From contig JADJXR010000001.1 in assembly GCA_016710285.1 (NCBI GenBank), forward strand, positions 2,911,942 to 2,975,941: 64,000 nt of DNA. Direction: 5' to 3'. Below are positions 28,803 through 38,035 of this stretch, in pieces (the first letter of the stretch is position 1; each line of letters opens with the position of its first letter). Source of the DNA: Chlorobiota bacterium. GTDB lineage: Bacteria > Bacteroidota > Ignavibacteria > OLB7. A model generated the notes under the pieces. That model was not told the origin of the DNA. It was given only the letters and a program-made list of their open reading frames with translations, and ran no database searches. The position numbers and the translations under genes are program-made.

Positions 28803-29155
28803 GAGGTAGCCGAAGGTCTTTAGCCTTCGGCGTCTAGCATTGGGGAACGACTGGGCAGGCTAAAGACCTGTTATCAATCCCGACGAAGGTCGGAACCGCT
28901 ACCGTTTCGCTGCAAAAAACTCACCTGCCCATTCCTCCAGCATTGGAGGGACGAGGTAGCCGAAGGTCTTTAGCCTTCGGCGTCTAGTTTTGAGGAACGA
29001 CTGGGCTCCGACAAAGGTCGGAGGCGCTACCGTGTCTATCTCTGGGGAACGTCTCGGCAGGCTAAAGACCTGTTATCAATCCCGACGAAGGTCGGGGCCG
29101 CTACCGTTGCCCGGATCCGGGAGCTGCTACCGTTTCGCTGCAAAAAACTCACCTC
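28803..29155. repeat. cluster of modular palindromic intergenic repeats (family 1)
   Basis: Modules recur in order. gaggtagccgaaggtctttagccttcggcgtctag occurs at 28803 and 28953. ggcaggctaaagacctgttatcaatcccgacgaaggtcgg..ccgctaccgt occurs at 28855 and 29057. ctaccgtttcgctgcaaaaaactcacct occurs at 28899 and 29126. Each module is itself a hairpin. Confidence 0.8.
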
Positions 29156-32100
29156 ACCACTTCCATCCGTTCGGTTGCGCGGAAGTTGTTGGCTTCAAAG
29201 ATGTAGAAGTAGCTTCCCTGCGGAAGATCGGCGGTGTTCAGCTCCACGCGGTAGCGTCCGCCGGGGAGCAGTTGGTGCCCGTCCATCAGCTTCGCCACCT
29301 GGACCCCCGCGCTGTTGAACAAGCTGAGCCGTGCGTTGGCATCTTCAAAGAACTCCACCTCAATCGTCACAATCCCTTTTGTTGGGTTCGGCGATGGAGC
29401 CGTCAGCCGGTTCAGCCCGCCACGGAAATTCAGCCGTGAGATATTGCAGCGCGGGTCCACCTGCACGATGCTGGTGTCGCCGGTTGGGATCAGCTTCACG
29501 AAGAAGATGGAGTCGCTGCTGAAATCGGTTGCCAACACCGCAAGGTGCATCGGCGAGCGGATGGAGTCCGGAACCGCAACGGCAAACCGCGCCCGCGCAA
29601 GCTCCCCACGTTGCACGCTGTCGCAGCCGGGGATGCTCACCCTGATTCCGGTTGTCCCTTCCGTTGCCGAAACCGCCGCCGAGTAGGGCGAGCTGATGCT
29701 CAAGAACTGCAACGCACGCCGGTTGTAATTCAGCGCGAACCCAACATCCAACGGCATCTGGGCAATGTCCCGGTCGCTGTAAATCCCCACCTCAATCGTG
29801 TCGGCAATCACCCCGCCAATCGTGTCAATCTGGCTCACGTTCGTGTCCAAAGTAAAGCGGAACGGGAAGGGGGGAGCGTAGCCGAAACTGTAGATCCGCC
29901 CGGTGTCGGCGATTGGGCAAGGGAGGTTCGATTCGGCAGTGATTGCGGTGTCGTACAACCGCTCCACGAACGGGCAGAACCGCACCGTCAGCAGGACGGT
30001 ATCCCCCGGCGCAAGCTGGGTTGGATACGGGACGCTGCTCCCCACAACCGTATGCCCGGGGGGAAGCCGCAGCGCGTTGAACTCCACCGGAATTTTGCCC
30101 GGGTTCGTCACCGCCAGCACCCTGTCGGCGCAGCTTTTCAGGTTCACCGTGTCGAAGCTGGTCAGCGATGAAACGGCGATGCGTGGTTGCGCAATCTGGA
30201 TGTAGATGCTGTCGGGCGGAACCACCAGCTTGTACAGGACCAGCGTGTCGCTGTCGAAATCCACCTCATCAATGTGGACCTTGAAAATCGTGTCCCCCGT
30301 TCGTGGAATGAACGTCACCCACGCGATGGTGTCGGCCGGGACCTGCAGCGCGTTCCGCAGCGTGACCCGTGCGCCGTCGCCGGTGTCAATCGCGGTGATG
30401 TTGTTGGTGTAGCTGCTGGAGACCTGCCCCAGGCTTACGATGGTGGAATCGTACTGAATCCTGAACCGAACATCAATCCGATCCTGCGGCATATCACGGT
30501 CGGTGATGACCGGAAGCCGCAGCGTGTCGCAGGTGGTGATGGTGATCGTGTCGAGCGTGGCCGCAACGGTGTCGAACGTCATCCGCATTCCGTAGGGGAA
30601 GGCAAACCCTTCGCCGCGAACCAGCACGGTGGTGTCGTCGTCGTTGCAGGGATAGGAGGTGGTGATATACATCCGCGCCTGGTACGGGCGGGGTGCGCGT
30701 GGGGTGAAGTTCACCCGAATGCGGAAGGTGTCGCCACGCTTAATCACCCACGGAAATGGCGCGCCGTTTACCGGGGCCGCCGCAAACACTTGCTGGTCCG
30801 GAACAAACCGAATCCCGGTCACGATCATGCTGTCGCCGCTGGGATTCACGAACTGGTCGGGGACCGTCACCGTCACGGTTCGGTTGGGCGATGTTGTGCC
30901 GGCGCGGGTGTTCGGGAAGTTGATTGGCGTTGGAGCCGGCTGGAAATTCAGCTCGCGCCGCCCGCTCATCGTCACCGTGTCCTCGCGGTTCCAATCGGTG
31001 GTGTGCGAACGGATGTGGAACTTCCCGTTGGCCAGCAAATTCTGCTGCGTTGCCGGAATGTTCGGGCAGAACGAAATCTCCAACGTGTCGGTGGTGCTTG
31101 GCGGAATCTGGTAGGGAAGCGTCCGCGCGCCGGTCAGCTTGCTTCGCCACGAATAGACTGCGGGGATTGCGTTGGCAACGTTCCGCCCGTCAATCCAGAT
31201 GGAGTCAACGGTGATCGGCTTGAAGGCACTTTGGTTCGGCAGCGGGATTTCCCGAACAATGCAATCGCACGGGCGCACCAGCCCGTAATTGATAAAGCTG
31301 AGCGGGACGTCCAACCGGTAGATAATCCCTTGCCCGGTCAAGCTCCCAACTTGCTGAATCGCACACGGGTTGCTGCTGACCGCACGCACGTTCCCGTTGT
31401 AGGCCGTCTCCTGCGTTGGCGCGAATTGAACATCCACCAGAATGGAATCGCGCGGTTGCAACGTTGCCGGGAACGGGCGCGTTGTGGCAACGATGGAGTA
31501 CCCTGGCGGCAGATACAGCGTATCCACCTCCACCGGAACCGTGCTGATATTCTCCACCAAAATGCGGTCGGTTCTTGTTGTCCCAACCTCAACCAATCCG
31601 TAGGTGGTCAGCGGCGTGACGTAGAGTTTTGGGGTGGTGCTGGTCCCCCGAATCAGGACTTGGTATCGCTGGCCATCGCTTAGGTTCACGTCAATGAAGG
31701 CTTGGTCCGCACGGTCGTCGGCCAGATCGTTGGGGCAATAGCGGAGCGTCCAGGTTGTGCTTTCGCCTGGCTGCAAGGTTCCGCTGCTCATGCCGGAGAC
31801 TTTCGTGTACTTCCCGGTCGGGTCATTCAGCGTTGCCGAGGTGATGGTCAGCGGGCCGGCGGAGGCGTTCGTGATCGTGATGGAATCTTGGCCGCAACGG
31901 CAGCCAACAACGTTGCTGATGGAGAGATACGACGGCTGGAACGACAACGCATCGAACACTCCGGTTCCGCTGATTGGAATGCAGACCACGCCGTAGCACT
32001 CTTCATCAAAAATGCAGAGGGTGTCGTAGTAGGTGATGGCCTCGCGCGGGCGGAACTCCACGGTGACGTTCCCGCTGCGCCCTTTTGCAAGGTTCAGCGA

Positions 32101-34071
32101 ACGCCCGCCGGCGATGCGGAAGACATCGCCAATTTTCAGATAGGCCGAAAGCCGCCGTGGGTCGCCCCGATTCTCCACCGTCACTGCTTGTGTGGCGGTC
32201 TTCCCAATCGTCACATTCCCAAAGCCGATGATGCTTTGATTGAACACGAAGTTCACATCAATCCCATATGCTTTCAGGAAGACTTTTTTGACGATGGTGC
32301 ACCCCCTGTAGCGGGTCTTCACCCGCATCTCGCCGGTGTAAGTTCCGGCGCGGGTTGGGCGGAACCGGACGAACGTTGCGTTGTACGCCTCCTGCGGTTG
32401 CAGCATAATCGGGAAGCGGAACCGGCGGCCAAAAAAGCCGTCGTCGAACTCGATGGTGTCAATGCCGATGGGATCGCTAACACCGCTGCGGTATTGATAC
32501 GTCCGCACGTCGCTGATCTGCCCCGGGCATACCGGGCCGAAGCTCATGGAATCAATTTTGCTGCCATCCTCTTTCAGCAGCAGCAGGACCTCCTGCGTAT
32601 GGCCCACCAGCGGGATAATGCCGCTTCCTGGGCAGCGGTCGTCGCTGAACAGGCGCAAGGTGTCGTAGTTGGTGCGGGTGGTGTCGCCGGCGTTCATCCG
32701 TATCAGCATCGTCCAGCTTCCCCCAGGCGGGACCGTCAGCGGAAGGTTCTGGCCTGCGATTGCCGGGGACCATTTGAAGACGGTATCGCTCAGCCGGATG
32801 CTATCAATGTTTAGCGGGCGGTTGGTGATGTTGGTAAGGGTCAGCGGTTTCTCGGCAAACGGTTTCTCCACGCAGCCAACGTACAGGGTGTCAAGGTCAA
32901 TCTGCCCTTCGCTGTACTCAAAATCTGTTTTCCGAATAAAGTTGATGGGGATGCGGGCGATGTTGTTGCAGCGGTTGTTGTTGAACACCCGAAGCTCCGC
33001 CTGCAACTGCCCGGTGATGGTTGCGCGCATCCTGACGGTGGCCGATTGCGGCGCGTTCTGCTGCAACGTCAGCCGGTTTGGGGTGACGGTGAACAGCCCC
33101 GCATCGCGCCCGGCAACCTGCAGCACCACTTGCCCCGCACAGAACGACGTGTCGGTGACGGTGACGGTGAACGTGGTGTCGCCGGTGCAGATGATGGTTC
33201 CGCTGAAACTTGTTGGCGCGACGCTAAAGGTGAATGGGACGGTGCGGTTGCTGGCCTCGCACCGTGCTCCGCTTCGCATCCGCCCAACGATTCCGTGGCC
33301 GGTGGCATCGCACAAGGCTTGCCCGGTGGGGGCTTCGTTGAACCGGTAGTACAGCACCAATCCGTTCTCGTTTCCATTCAGCGAAAGGTCCTTTTGGCAG
33401 CGGATTTCGTTGGCGGTAAGCGCGCGGCTCCAGATTCGGACTTCATCAATCTGGCCCAAGAAGGTGCGGTAGCGGTTGGCATCGTCGTACAAGCCATTGC
33501 AGCTTCCAATCTGCGTTTGCAGGTTCCGGTTGGCAACCGGGTGAAGCCGTGTGACGGGATACGCCGGGTTGGTCCCCGTGGCAGCCTGGAACCCGTTGAC
33601 GAACAGCTGCGCCGTTCCGCTGCTTTCCCACACCGCCGCAACGTGGACCCATCCGCGTGTGTACAGGTCCGGAACGTCAACGCTGGCAATGGTGTTGTCG
33701 GCACTTTCCAGCTTGGTTCCGTCGGCACTCAGCTCAAAGTAGATGCGCGTCCCTTCGATATAGACCACCCACTGGTCGTTGTCATCTTTGTTCGGCCCCC
33801 ACAGTCCACCAACGAACTGCCGCATCCCTGGCTGCTCCTGCGGTTTTATCCATGCCTCGAACGTCAGCGCGGTGTTGAGCGCGGCCAGGCGGTAGCTGGT
33901 GTCAACGTCAACATACTGCGCATTGCGCCCGCTGGTGACTTGCGTCAGCAGCGCGTTGCCGATGCACGCTTTGTTGGCATCGCAAGGGGCGGGGAACTGT
34001 GCGTTCGCCCCCGTGCTGGTTGCCACAATCAGCGCGGAAAGAAGGAGCAGTTGATACAGGAATGGGCGCAT
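29149..34071 (-). CDS. giant secreted surface protein: N-terminal LamG / concanavalin-A-like lectin domain, many Ig-like repeats, T9SS CTD
   Basis: 1640 aa with a signal peptide. LTFEAWIKPQ...WVVYIEG...IDEVRIWSRALTANEI is LamG-like. C-terminus PNPTKGIVTIEVEF...LSLFNSAGVQVAKL...GSYFYIFEANNFRATERMEV is a T9SS CTD. Confidence 0.8.
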   Translation of the reverse strand: MRPFLYQLLLLSALIVATSTGANAQFPAPCDANKACIGNALLTQVTSGRNAQYVDVDTSYRLAALNTALTFEAWIKPQEQPGMRQFVGGLWGPNKDDNDQWVVYIEGTRIYFELSADGTKLESADNTIASVDVPDLYTRGWVHVAAVWESSGTAQLFVNGFQAATGTNPAYPVTRLHPVANRNLQTQIGSCNGLYDDANRYRTFLGQIDEVRIWSRALTANEIRCQKDLSLNGNENGLVLYYRFNEAPTGQALCDATGHGIVGRMRSGARCEASNRTVPFTFSVAPTSFSGTIICTGDTTFTVTVTDTSFCAGQVVLQVAGRDAGLFTVTPNRLTLQQNAPQSATVRMRATITGQLQAELRVFNNNRCNNIARIPINFIRKTDFEYSEGQIDLDTLYVGCVEKPFAEKPLTLTNITNRPLNIDSIRLSDTVFKWSPAIAGQNLPLTVPPGGSWTMLIRMNAGDTTRTNYDTLRLFSDDRCPGSGIIPLVGHTQEVLLLLKEDGSKIDSMSFGPVCPGQISDVRTYQYRSGVSDPIGIDTIEFDDGFFGRRFRFPIMLQPQEAYNATFVRFRPTRAGTYTGEMRVKTRYRGCTIVKKVFLKAYGIDVNFVFNQSIIGFGNVTIGKTATQAVTVENRGDPRRLSAYLKIGDVFRIAGGRSLNLAKGRSGNVTVEFRPREAITYYDTLCIFDEECYGVVCIPISGTGVFDALSFQPSYLSISNVVGCRCGQDSITITNASAGPLTITSATLNDPTGKYTKVSGMSSGTLQPGESTTWTLRYCPNDLADDRADQAFIDVNLSDGQRYQVLIRGTSTTPKLYVTPLTTYGLVEVGTTRTDRILVENISTVPVEVDTLYLPPGYSIVATTRPFPATLQPRDSILVDVQFAPTQETAYNGNVRAVSSNPCAIQQVGSLTGQGIIYRLDVPLSFINYGLVRPCDCIVREIPLPNQSAFKPITVDSIWIDGRNVANAIPAVYSWRSKLTGARTLPYQIPPSTTDTLEISFCPNIPATQQNLLANGKFHIRSHTTDWNREDTVTMSGRRELNFQPAPTPINFPNTRAGTTSPNRTVTVTVPDQFVNPSGDSMIVTGIRFVPDQQVFAAAPVNGAPFPWVIKRGDTFRIRVNFTPRAPRPYQARMYITTSYPCNDDDTTVLVRGEGFAFPYGMRMTFDTVAATLDTITITTCDTLRLPVITDRDMPQDRIDVRFRIQYDSTIVSLGQVSSSYTNNITAIDTGDGARVTLRNALQVPADTIAWVTFIPRTGDTIFKVHIDEVDFDSDTLVLYKLVVPPDSIYIQIAQPRIAVSSLTSFDTVNLKSCADRVLAVTNPGKIPVEFNALRLPPGHTVVGSSVPYPTQLAPGDTVLLTVRFCPFVERLYDTAITAESNLPCPIADTGRIYSFGYAPPFPFRFTLDTNVSQIDTIGGVIADTIEVGIYSDRDIAQMPLDVGFALNYNRRALQFLSISSPYSAAVSATEGTTGIRVSIPGCDSVQRGELARARFAVAVPDSIRSPMHLAVLATDFSSDSIFFVKLIPTGDTSIVQVDPRCNISRLNFRGGLNRLTAPSPNPTKGIVTIEVEFFEDANARLSLFNSAGVQVAKLMDGHQLLPGGRYRVELNTADLPQGSYFYIFEANNFRATERMEVVR

Positions 34072-34119
34072 ACAATGGTAGGGAAGAGCTTGCCAATTAC
34101 GTCGGTTCTGCGGAAATCA

Positions 34120-35709
34120 TCACCGCACGCATCGCACCACTTGCGTGGCTATCCGTTGCCCGTCGCGAAGGGTGCAAAGATAGGTCCCCGCTGGCAGTTC
34201 TGCGGTAAGTGGGATTTGGTACTTGCCCGGGCTTACGCGGCGGTCCAGCAGGGTCGCCACCCGTTGCCCGGCCATGGTGGATAGGTCCAATTGCACGTGG
34301 GTCGCACGGTCAATGCTGATCTGCAACGTGGTGGTTGTCCGGAACGGGTTTGGGTACGCCCCGGCAATGCTGAAGCTCCCGTCGGCATACTCAGCACGGC
34401 GGTCGGTTCCGCTTTTTTGCGCTTGCAGAATGTCCAGCGGGATCACCGTCTCATCTTGCAGCACGGTGCGCATCTCCGGCATGGTCATCCCAAACCAATC
34501 GGTTAAGATTTCGGCATAGACTGCGCGGTAGTCAATCTGGTACTGAAGGTCGCCGTTGGCATTCAGGTTTTTTAGATCTGGCGGATCCCCAAACACTCCG
34601 CTGTTGACTTGGGTTCCGAACACGAACTGCACCGAGGCCGCGCCGTGGTCGGTCCCGCGGCTTCCGTTCTCGTATGGCCGCCGCCCGAACTCGCTGATCG
34701 TCATCCCAATCACCCGGTCGGCCAATCCCAGCCGCGTCATGTCGTGCATGAATTGCGCCACCGAGTCGCCAATCCGGCTAAGAAGCGTGGGGTGAAGCCC
34801 CACGTACTCATCGCCAACGGCAATCTGCTGCGAGACGTGCGTATCGAATCCCCCCATCGAGACCACATAGACTTTGGTGTTCAACCCCCCAGCAATCAGC
34901 GCGGCCACCGAGGCCATCTGCTGCGAAAGGCTGTCGTCGCCGTAGGTGGCGTCCAGCTTGCTTTTGCCGTTGTTGTAGGCATCCCGCACCGATTGCGCGT
35001 ACTTGTTGGAGCGGTTGGCGATGTCGGCAACGAACTGATATTCCAGGCTGTAGCTGGTGTTCGCGCTGTCGGGGTCCAGCTCGTCAAGTTGCGAGGCAAC
35101 GCCTTGCAGTTGCGTGGGGTCAATCACCTCGATCCCCATCCGCCCTTTGGAGCTTATCAACGCCAGCGAGAAACCGCCGAACTGAATGGCCAACGGGTCC
35201 GGAGGAAGGGAGGCGGGGAAGTCGGGATAGCGTTGCTCCAGATAACGGCCAACCCATCCGGTGTCCAATCGGGTGTCGGGGTTGGAATTGTTGATGCCGC
35301 TTAGCCAAATATCGGTGGAGCGGAAGTGCGACAAGTTCGGGTTGGGATAGCCAACGCCTTGCACAATCGCCAGCGTCCCAATTTCCAACATCCGCCCCAT
35401 CCCCCCGCGCGAGCCGGTGGCCAACGCGGGGTGCAGGTAGATGTCGCCAATGTTGTTCCAGGCCTTGTCCTTTGCGATTGCCAGCGCAGGGCGGATGCGG
35501 TAGTACTCGTCGTCGTGGCAGGGGGGCATGGTGTTCAGCCCGTCGTTGCCGCCGAACAGTTGGATCACCACCAGGATGCGGTCGTTGTCGGGTGGCATCT
35601 GTGCAAGTGCGGCAAGCGAGGTGTTCGCCCGCGCCGGCAATCCCCCCACCATGAACGGTGCGGCGGCGGTTGCGGCGGCAGCAGTCTTCAGGAATGAACG
35701 GCGTCTCAT
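34120..35709 (-). CDS. DUF1501 (sulfatase-fold) family protein with Tat signal and T9SS C-terminal sorting domain
   Basis: MRRRSFLKTAAAATAAAPF is a twin-arginine motif. FGGNDGLNT, GGFDTH and SEFGRRPYENGSRGTDHG are DUF1501 hallmarks. The final approx. 85 aa, AYPNPFRTTTTLQISI...GTYLCTLRDGQRIATQVV, resemble a T9SS CTD. Confidence 0.85.
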   Translation of the reverse strand: MRRRSFLKTAAAATAAAPFMVGGLPARANTSLAALAQMPPDNDRILVVIQLFGGNDGLNTMPPCHDDEYYRIRPALAIAKDKAWNNIGDIYLHPALATGSRGGMGRMLEIGTLAIVQGVGYPNPNLSHFRSTDIWLSGINNSNPDTRLDTGWVGRYLEQRYPDFPASLPPDPLAIQFGGFSLALISSKGRMGIEVIDPTQLQGVASQLDELDPDSANTSYSLEYQFVADIANRSNKYAQSVRDAYNNGKSKLDATYGDDSLSQQMASVAALIAGGLNTKVYVVSMGGFDTHVSQQIAVGDEYVGLHPTLLSRIGDSVAQFMHDMTRLGLADRVIGMTISEFGRRPYENGSRGTDHGAASVQFVFGTQVNSGVFGDPPDLKNLNANGDLQYQIDYRAVYAEILTDWFGMTMPEMRTVLQDETVIPLDILQAQKSGTDRRAEYADGSFSIAGAYPNPFRTTTTLQISIDRATHVQLDLSTMAGQRVATLLDRRVSPGKYQIPLTAELPAGTYLCTLRDGQRIATQVVRCVR

Positions 35710-35768
35710 AGTTGGTTATCGGAAATGCGGTTGTCGGGAAATAGCGTTGTGCGTCGGCCAGAAGATGT

Positions 35769-35820
35769 CGAAGGCTAAAGACCTTTTATCAACCCCGACG
35801 GAGTCGGGGCGGCTACCACT
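35769..35820. repeat. single family-1 repeat unit in the DUF1800/DUF1501 spacer
   Basis: cgaaggctaaagaccttttatcaaccccgacggagtcggggcggctaccact matches the ggctaaagacc...cccgacg.agtcgg..gctacc module seen at 28855, 29057, 40170 and 40340. Confidence 0.7.
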
Positions 35821-35832
35821 TCGTGGGTTTCA

Positions 35833-37401
35833 CTAGCACAGCTGGAAGTCGGGCAGTTCGGCGATTGTTTGCAGCAGGTCTTTCATGTTTCGGGCTGCGG
35901 TCGAGGGGCTGTTTTCCACAATCCCTGCCCATTCGTAATCGGGCGCGCCGCCAACCAGCTTCTTCACAAAAATGCCTTTGCGCCCTGCCGAAAGCGGGCG
36001 TGGCAGCAGCAACGCGCCAAGCGATTTCACCAGCTCGTTCACGTCGTCGTACTGCGGGAATTGCTTGATGAACGTTAGCACCGCCGCTTCGCCCATTGCC
36101 GAAATCACTCGGCGTGCTGCGTCGGCGCGAACCGGGTAGGTGGTGGTTGTCACCCAGTCGCGGTAGCCGGGCCAGCCGCTGACGTTTGGGGGATCGAACA
36201 GGTCCTGGCCCATTGCCCGCATCTCGCCGTACAGGTTTCCGGTTGCGCCAAGCTGCCGCGCCAGCCCAACTTCGAACTCCATCGGCGTTTTAATCTGCGC
36301 GCCGATGTTGGCGTTGTCGTAGAAGTGCGCGCTTTTCAGCAGCGCGGCCATCACCGGCTTGATGTTGAAGTTGTTGGCAACAAAGATGTCGGCCATCGCC
36401 TCAATCACCGCTGCGTCCGATTTTGCTGGGTTGCTGTACACGAAGAAGGTGTAGAGTTTCCGGCAGATGAACCGCGCAACCTCGCGCGGGCGTTTCTGGA
36501 AGATGGTGTCAATCAGCTTGGCAATCTCTTCCTGCCGGACAATATGCTCGGTGTTGGTGGTGCTGTCGCGCGCGGGGAACGAGGTCCCCATGAACTGCTT
36601 GGCGTTGGTGTCGTGGTTCTTGGCCTCGAAGTAGCTGCTGAACAACCCGCTTGGCGGGATGAACTGGTCGGTGAACTGCGAAACACGCCACCCCGTCAGT
36701 ATCCGCGCCGCCTCCTTCACATCCCCCTCGGTGTAGTGGCCGATTCCGGTGGTGAACAGCTCCAACAGTTCGCGCCCGTAATTCTCGTTCGGTGCTCCGG
36801 CGCGGTTAAGGTCCCCGCCAAGATAGACCAGCATTGCCCCGTCCAACGTGATGTTGAAGGTCAACGCCTTAAAATCCCCCAAGCCGGTGTCGCGGAATAA
36901 TTTGTTTTGGCGGTACAGAAGCGGCCCAATCACGAACTCCAGATCAACCTCAAACTCACTGGTGAAATGGCCGCTCCAGAACGCTGCCATTTTTTCGGCA
37001 GCGGTCAATCCGGCATCGCGCATCACCCCAATGGACCAGTTCCGCAGCGCGCCGGCATCGGCAATCCACTGGCCACGGATTTGGCTTTCCAAGTCAGGGG
37101 TTAATCCCTCCAAACTTTCGGTGGCGTGGTCAACCATAGCGGGTGGGGTCGGTTCGTTGGGGGTGTCCAGCAGTTTGTCCACTGCTTCGCCCGGGGTGAG
37201 CTTCATCAGCGCGTCAATATCACTCCAGCGTGGAAGGAAGGTGATGCGCCGCAGCAAATGGCCCACACGAATCGCATCCCACGGTTGTGCGGTGCTTGGG
37301 ACGAACGGCTCAAGCCCAGAAAGCGGGCGAACAGCGGTGGCAGTTTCGGGGCGCGCGATGCGGTTGTGCGCCCACGTGGTAAGGAAGGAACGACGGTCCA
37401 T
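35833..37401 (-). CDS. DUF1800 family protein
   Basis: ATG at 37401 (MDRRSFLTT). Approx. 520 aa helical protein immediately upstream of DUF1501, which is the canonical DUF1800-DUF1501 gene pair. Confidence 0.8.
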   Translation of the reverse strand: MDRRSFLTTWAHNRIARPETATAVRPLSGLEPFVPSTAQPWDAIRVGHLLRRITFLPRWSDIDALMKLTPGEAVDKLLDTPNEPTPPAMVDHATESLEGLTPDLESQIRGQWIADAGALRNWSIGVMRDAGLTAAEKMAAFWSGHFTSEFEVDLEFVIGPLLYRQNKLFRDTGLGDFKALTFNITLDGAMLVYLGGDLNRAGAPNENYGRELLELFTTGIGHYTEGDVKEAARILTGWRVSQFTDQFIPPSGLFSSYFEAKNHDTNAKQFMGTSFPARDSTTNTEHIVRQEEIAKLIDTIFQKRPREVARFICRKLYTFFVYSNPAKSDAAVIEAMADIFVANNFNIKPVMAALLKSAHFYDNANIGAQIKTPMEFEVGLARQLGATGNLYGEMRAMGQDLFDPPNVSGWPGYRDWVTTTTYPVRADAARRVISAMGEAAVLTFIKQFPQYDDVNELVKSLGALLLPRPLSAGRKGIFVKKLVGGAPDYEWAGIVENSPSTAARNMKDLLQTIAELPDFQLC

Positions 37402-37684
37402 AAACAACTCCGGGTACAGACGGCCAGCCAGGGTGCAACGCCGTTGGCTTGAACGCCGCCAGCAAGCATACCACACGGCTGCTTTTTGAGTGGAATGGGA
37501 ACTTGGGGAGGAAGATAGGGCAACGCACGCAAAGAACCTTCGGAAGAAGCGGCCAGCACCCCGTTGATAGTAGCGATGCCGGCGCGGCCTTTTGCGTCAC
37601 GCTTGTGTGCGCTGGCCAAGTTGACACAACCTTTTTGATGAAGTTACGGCCCTTACTTCATCGAACTCAATCTTCCTTCAGAAT

Positions 37685-37852
37685 CCGCCAACGTAGCAGC
37701 CCCCACCCCGCCTCCCCCAATTCTGGGGGAGGGGCTGGCAGCAATGGTTCGGGATTCAGAGAGAACGGGGTCAATAGCCAAACCAGTTCCCCCCAGCATT
37801 GGGGGGACGCGAAGCCGCTTGCGGCGAAGCAGGGGGGCGCGGCGCAAGCCGT
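37685..37852. repeat. family-2 composite palindromic repeat, copy 1
   Basis: Module A (37685-37740: ccgccaacgtagcagcccccaccccgcctcccccaattctgggggaggggctggca) and module B (37788-37852: ...ccccagcattggggggacgcgaagccgcttgcggcgaagcaggggggcgcgg). Both recur as reverse complements at 60673-60832. Confidence 0.75.
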
Positions 37853-38035
37853 GCGAAGTCCCCTCAGGTTCAGTGTGTTTGCTTCAGCCTAGTGGCGCGG
37901 TTCCACTCTGCACCGTTCGGCAGTTGAACTCAGTTCTTTTTTTCTTTGCTTGCCTCCGTTGCTTCGCTCCCGTTATCTTTCCGGCAAACAGCATTCCGCT
38001 TCTGCATCGCGCAACACCGATCTTCCCAACAGCCA

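Noticed and set aside
28803-29155. Possibility that the repeat clusters (28.8-29.2 kb, 40.05-40.4 kb) are CRISPR arrays.
   Set aside because: The repeats are several different palindromic modules in variable order and orientation, not one direct repeat with uniform unique spacers. The periods are approx. 150-230 bp and no cas genes are present.
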